The notes under the pieces are model-generated. The model worked only from the letters and a program-made list of their open reading frames with translations. It did not search any database and was not told the origin of the DNA. A DNA stretch of 20,000 nucleotides, taken from an uncultured virus (IMG/VR IMGVR_UViG_3300025423_000014). Taxonomy: Duplodnaviria > Heunggongvirae > Uroviricota > Caudoviricetes. Where the stretch lies: IMG/VR virus record IMGVR_UViG_3300025423_000014. The stretch is one strand, 5' to 3'. Each line of letters starts with the position of its first letter. Within the stretch, counting starts at the first letter, position 1. The translations under genes and the position numbers were made by a program. Positions 15,792-20,000 of the stretch are shown here, piece by piece.

Positions 15792-16373
15792 ATGAGTAAT
15801 GAGATTTCAATCATAGGAGACGTAGTAGATGCTACGGTCACCAGAGGCGCGGGGCAGACAGAACTGTTTGGTCTGCAAGGCATATATAAAGCTGAGTGCT
15901 ATGACGCACAGGGCAATCTTAAGTGGTCTGACCATATTGAGAACCTAACCACAAACGTGGGTCGTCAGAACTTGCTGAACTTTTACTTTATTTCTCCCTC
16001 GGCTACAAATGCCATTTACATGGGACTAATGGGTACAGGCTCACCTTCTTATACAGATACACAAGCCAGTCATGCAAGCTGGTTGGAAGTCGGAGGCGCT
16101 AACGCTCCTACATATTCTGGCACAAGAAAGACACCAAGTTTTACAACACCTACCACAGCTAACCCCTCTGTTTTGGTAACTTCTGCTGCGGTTGTGTTTA
16201 GTATGACTGGATCAGGAACTGTTGCAGGTGCGTTCATTAACGTGGGCGGTTCATCTACAATTGATAACACAACAGGTATTTTATTCAGCGCAGGAGATTT
16301 TTCTGCGGGTTCTAAGACAGTATCGTCAGGCGACACAATAAATGTATCGTACTCGTTGTCAGCATCGGGTTAA
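15792..16373 (+). CDS. Putative tail structural protein
   Basis: 193 aa, RBS AAGGA; KWSDHIENLTTNVG, GILFSAGDF, KTVSSGDTINVSY. Confidence 0.65.
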   Translation: MSNEISIIGDVVDATVTRGAGQTELFGLQGIYKAECYDAQGNLKWSDHIENLTTNVGRQNLLNFYFISPSATNAIYMGLMGTGSPSYTDTQASHASWLEVGGANAPTYSGTRKTPSFTTPTTANPSVLVTSAAVVFSMTGSGTVAGAFINVGGSSTIDNTTGILFSAGDFSAGSKTVSSGDTINVSYSLSASG

Positions 16374-16376
16374 TAA

Positions 16377-18896
16377 ATGGCTCTAGTTCTGGCGGATCGT
16401 GTCCAGGAGACATCCACTACAAGTGGTACGGGTACGCTCACCCTAAATGGCGCGGTCAATGGATACCAATCTTTTGCCAACGGCGTTGGCAACGGGAACA
16501 CCTGTTACTATACGATTTACGACACAGTCGCTTATACATGGGAAGTTGGGATTGGTACTTATACTACGTCAGGCAGTACGTTAACGCGTACGACTGTTCT
16601 TTCTAATTCATCACAGACTACTTCGCTGATTAACTTTGCGGGTAACTTGATGAACGTGTGGGTGGACTATCCCGCAGAAAAAGCCATATATCAAGATGCA
16701 AGCGGAAATACCTATGTACCCAGTCTGGGAGGAACTACACCATCTACAGGTACGTTTACTACTATTACAGGACAGACTGCTAACTTAACTGGTACTGGGC
16801 AAAATTTAATTGCGTATTCACAATTTCAATCTGGTTGGGCTATATCAAATGGCACTATTTCATTAAATTCTGCAACTGACCCATTAGGCACAACGACTGC
16901 CGCCACATTAACAATGTCTGGCGCATCTAATTTAAGTTTTTATTCTTCAACTGCGGCACTTACAAATGGCACTTATTACACTTATTCTATTTATGCCAAG
17001 GCAGGAACATCTAATACACTTCAAATAACTCTTCAGTCTTCTTCATCAAATGTATATGGTGTAAGTGTTAATTTATCAACCCAAGTAATAACATTAGTTA
17101 CAGGTACTGGAACATCGACTATAACTTCTGTTGGGAATGGTTGGTATCGTATAGCTTTAACAGGATTAGTAAATGCAAACGGAACTGGTTATTTTCAAAC
17201 ATATATTGTCGGCAATGCTAGTACTATGTACTTGTGGGGTGCACAAGTAAATACAGGTTTAACTGCAAACACATATATTTCAACTACTGGAACAACTGTT
17301 TATGGTTATCCTAACTTAAGTCTTAATAGCAATATAGCTGTTTCAATGGACTCCTCTGGAAACCTAATCCTACAACCCGCAGGAACAGGAGCATTACAAG
17401 CACAACAGACTACATCTAGTGCTACAGGTGGTAATGCTAGGGGTGCTAATGCGGTGGATTGGCAGACGGCATCAAGAGATTTGGCAACAAGGGTAGCAAG
17501 CGGTACTTTAGCAGTTATTGGTGGTGGTCAATACAATACTGCAAGTGGCTCAGGATCTGTAGTTGGTGGCGGTCAAGGTAATTCTGGAACAAATAGTGGT
17601 TCGGTAGTCCTTGGAGGATATCAAAATAGCAATTCTGGAAATCAAGCATCACTTGTTGGAGGCTATAACAATACTGCTTCTGGTTCTTGGGGTGCTGTTT
17701 TAGGTGGTTATTTAAATACTGCCGCAGGATTTTTAAATTTTATTGGTGGTGGTTTTACTAATTCTGGAACATCTGGAAGTGCAGTAACAACACAAGCGAC
17801 TTCTACAATAACTTCTGGTTCTACTGCGGTTACATTAAGTAGTTCAAACGCATCCATTAAGGTTGGACAGGTAGTTACAGGAACTCCTGTAGCATCTTTT
17901 CCAGCAACCTATGTTGCCGCTATATCAGGAACATCACTTACTTTATCCCAAAACGCTACATCCTCAACAAACGCAACCCTATCTTTCTACACACCTCATG
18001 GAGTAGTAGTAGGAGGAGGAAATAACCAAGCAACAGGAGCGTATAGCTTTATTGGTGGTGGTGGTGATGCGGGTACTAGTGCCAATCAAAATATTGCTGC
18101 GGCAGATTGGTCTGTTGTTACAGGAGGTCAAAAAAACACAATTACTTCTGGTAATATAGGTTCTGTAATTAGTGGTGGATACTCTAATTCAATTACTAGT
18201 GGTACTTCTTCTAGTTATTATTATGCAAACACTATTGTTGGTGGATTTACAAATACAACATCAAACCAATGGAACACAGTTCTTGGAGGTGCAAATAATA
18301 ATGCAAGTGCTACTATAGGAGCAGTTACAGTTGGTGGTAGATATCATGTTGCAAATGGAAGTCTTTCAGTTGCAATGGTAGGAACCAATGCTTATACAAG
18401 GTTTATTACTGGTTATTTAGCAATAGGAGTTGGTAATGCGGTTAACAATGCAGGGCAAGTTCAAGCGGGAACTTTGGTTTTAACAAACTCAACCACAACT
18501 ACTGGTGCAGTTGTTTTAACATCTGATTTAAATTCTGCTAGTTCAACAAACCAAGTAGTATTATCAAACGGACCATCTGGAACAGTATCTGTATACACAT
18601 TTAGAGTATTAATATCAGCGCACAACTCAGCAAACACAACTGATATTGCGGGATGGGAAATCAAAGGTGTTATATCTAGGGGTAACGGAGTAGGAACAAC
18701 TGCATTAGTTGGAACACCAACAGTAACATTACTAGGAGCTACATCTGGTGCTATATCAGCAGGATGGGGAACATTATCAAACGTAGCGGCAGTAGCAGAT
18801 ACGACTAACGGAGCATTGCAGATACAAGTTACTGGTGTAGCATCTACTACGATCAGGTGGTCAGCCCGTGTTGAAACTAACGAATTGGCTTATTAA
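16377..18896 (+). CDS. Tail fibre / receptor-binding adhesin-like protein
   Basis: 839 aa; N-terminal anchor-like MALVLADRVQETSTT.GTGT...WEVGIGT, a carbohydrate-binding-like beta-sandwich (YTYSIYAK, GNGWYRI, LWGAQV), many ~14-aa (V/I)xGGxxNxAxG repeats; very few charged residues. Confidence 0.75.
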   Translation: MALVLADRVQETSTTSGTGTLTLNGAVNGYQSFANGVGNGNTCYYTIYDTVAYTWEVGIGTYTTSGSTLTRTTVLSNSSQTTSLINFAGNLMNVWVDYPAEKAIYQDASGNTYVPSLGGTTPSTGTFTTITGQTANLTGTGQNLIAYSQFQSGWAISNGTISLNSATDPLGTTTAATLTMSGASNLSFYSSTAALTNGTYYTYSIYAKAGTSNTLQITLQSSSSNVYGVSVNLSTQVITLVTGTGTSTITSVGNGWYRIALTGLVNANGTGYFQTYIVGNASTMYLWGAQVNTGLTANTYISTTGTTVYGYPNLSLNSNIAVSMDSSGNLILQPAGTGALQAQQTTSSATGGNARGANAVDWQTASRDLATRVASGTLAVIGGGQYNTASGSGSVVGGGQGNSGTNSGSVVLGGYQNSNSGNQASLVGGYNNTASGSWGAVLGGYLNTAAGFLNFIGGGFTNSGTSGSAVTTQATSTITSGSTAVTLSSSNASIKVGQVVTGTPVASFPATYVAAISGTSLTLSQNATSSTNATLSFYTPHGVVVGGGNNQATGAYSFIGGGGDAGTSANQNIAAADWSVVTGGQKNTITSGNIGSVISGGYSNSITSGTSSSYYYANTIVGGFTNTTSNQWNTVLGGANNNASATIGAVTVGGRYHVANGSLSVAMVGTNAYTRFITGYLAIGVGNAVNNAGQVQAGTLVLTNSTTTTGAVVLTSDLNSASSTNQVVLSNGPSGTVSVYTFRVLISAHNSANTTDIAGWEIKGVISRGNGVGTTALVGTPTVTLLGATSGAISAGWGTLSNVAAVADTTNGALQIQVTGVASTTIRWSARVETNELAY
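17385..17407 (+). repeat. 23-nt exact direct repeat shared by the two fibre genes (second copy 19538-19560)
   Basis: ACAGGAGCATTACAAGCACAACA in both; a second shared block AATTCTGGAACATCTG at 17760-17775 and 19919-19934. Confidence 0.85.
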
Positions 18897-18898
18897 TC

Positions 18899-20000
18899 AT
18901 GGCAATCAACGAAAACGCAGTCACAGACACACTAACACCTACTACAGGGACTTTAACTGTTGCGGGAACAGAGTCGGTTCAAAACATAAATATTACGGGT
19001 ACTGGTGAGAATTTATTTTTATATTCAAATACATTTAATAATAGTTATTGGAAACTTGCAACTGGTTTGGCAACTCCAACAAACACCATTACAGATCCAT
19101 TTGGTGGCTCAACTGCTTGGGCAATTCCTTATGTTTCAATATATCAATCTTTTCTTTCAACAATATTTTTAGTTTCTGGAGTAACTTATACAATAAGCTA
19201 TTGGCTTCAAGCCACAAGTGGAACAAGAACTTTTGTTCTTTTAGGCGCTTCTTCATCAACAAATTATGGAAATATTACCGCAACAACCACATGGACTAGA
19301 TATTCAACAACATTTACTATGGTGTCTACTGAGCCACTTTATATTTTACAAGATAGAAACGCTAGTGGATTTCAAACTTTAAATATTTATGGGGCACAAC
19401 TAGAAATTGGTTCAGTAGCAAACACCTACATTCCTACAACAACAACTGCAATATACGGAACACCTACATTAAACTTTAGCGGTGTATCTTCTATTGGTTT
19501 ACAAAATGATGGTTCTTTATATGTTTCTCCAGCGGGTACAGGAGCATTACAAGCACAACAAACAACCTCATCTATTACTGGTGGAAATGCAAGAGGAGCT
19601 AATGCAGTAGATTGGCAGACAACTAGAACTGCGGCAACTCAAGTTGCTTCAACTAGTGGTTCTGTTATTGGCGGTGGAGCAAATAATGGAACGGGCGGTG
19701 CAGGTGCAAATAGTGTTATTGGTGGAGGAGTAAACAACAATACAACAGGTGCATATCAAGGCGTGGTTGGGGGCGGTGGATATAATGTATTATCAAATTA
19801 TTATTCAGTAATTGCTGGTGGTTATGCAAATAATGTGGGTGGACAAAATTCAGTAATATCTGGTGGTTTATCAAATTCTGCTCAGGGTTATCACAACATT
19901 ATTGTTGGTGGTTATGCAAATTCTGGAACATCTGCATCGGCAGTAACAACCCAAGCAACAACAACAGTTACATCAGGTTCAACTGCGGTAACCTTATCTG
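18899..20000 (+). CDS. Second tail fibre/adhesin, paralogue of 16377-18896 (3'-truncated; not in the ORF track)
   Basis: ATG18899 lies 2 nt after the previous stop; hand translation MAINENAVTDTLTPTTG... stays open to the window end; shares PAGTGALQAQQTTSSxTGGNARGANAVDWQT and the GG-N repeats with the preceding gene. Confidence 0.85.
   Translation, partial: MAINENAVTDTLTPTTGTLTVAGTESVQNINITGTGENLFLYSNTFNNSYWKLATGLATPTNTITDPFGGSTAWAIPYVSIYQSFLSTIFLVSGVTYTISYWLQATSGTRTFVLLGASSSTNYGNITATTTWTRYSTTFTMVSTEPLYILQDRNASGFQTLNIYGAQLEIGSVANTYIPTTTTAIYGTPTLNFSGVSSIGLQNDGSLYVSPAGTGALQAQQTTSSITGGNARGANAVDWQTTRTAATQVASTSGSVIGGGANNGTGGAGANSVIGGGVNNNTTGAYQGVVGGGGYNVLSNYYSVIAGGYANNVGGQNSVISGGLSNSAQGYHNIIVGGYANSGTSASAVTTQATTTVTSGSTAVTLS

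Noticed and set aside
17500..18350. Periodic GGTGGT-rich repeats as a CRISPR array or DNA-level repeat
   Set aside because: Degenerate protein-level ~14-aa repeats with no constant repeat-spacer structure.
274..18664. Many short antisense or alternate-frame ORFs (e.g. 3478-3840, 6414-6776, 11397-11963, 15536-15883)
   Set aside because: They overlap well-supported + strand genes, lack recognisable motifs and mirror the codon bias of the sense genes.
19048..19299. 83-aa ORF in the track
   Set aside because: Out-of-frame shadow inside the long open frame starting at 18899, which is clearly paralogous to the preceding fibre gene.
17376..19620. Possible diversity-generating retroelement template/variable repeat pair in the fibre genes
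   Set aside because: Differences are mostly synonymous third positions, AAT codons are unchanged, both copies are coding and no reverse transcriptase is in the window; ordinary paralogy explains it.
1..20000. Alternative genetic code (stop-codon reassignment)
   Set aside because: Genes tile densely under the standard bacterial code and core proteins are full length.

Overview
A contiguous virion morphogenesis module of a tailed dsDNA phage (Caudoviricetes, probably podovirus-like; no sheath or tape-measure gene in this window), almost entirely on the + strand. Gene order: terminase large subunit (probably 5'-truncated), portal, small ORF, GroES-like co-chaperonin, scaffold-like protein, two head-associated ORFs, major capsid protein, a ~1.5 kb accessory island, putative virion proteins, a cluster of small Lys/Gly-rich ORFs with a holin-like ORF, head-tail adaptor-like proteins, and two tandem paralogous tail-fibre/adhesin genes (the second runs off the window and is absent from the ORF track). 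The accessory island (about 7878-9351) is the most unusual part. Two convergent HNH endonuclease genes flank a separately promoted unit made of an extremely acidic 98-aa ORF (DNA-mimic-like) followed 7 nt later by a degenerate tRNA-Ile(GAT)-like cloverleaf that overlaps the antisense HNH 3' end. Directly downstream, a strong sigma70-type promoter drives a leader that can form three interlocked helices (double pseudoknot) abutting the next RBS. Also noted: one small Ser/Thr-rich domain reused in head, neck and fibre proteins, and a recurring hydrophobic-x-K-G-G motif in the small basic proteins. All calls come from reading motifs by eye; no searches were run.
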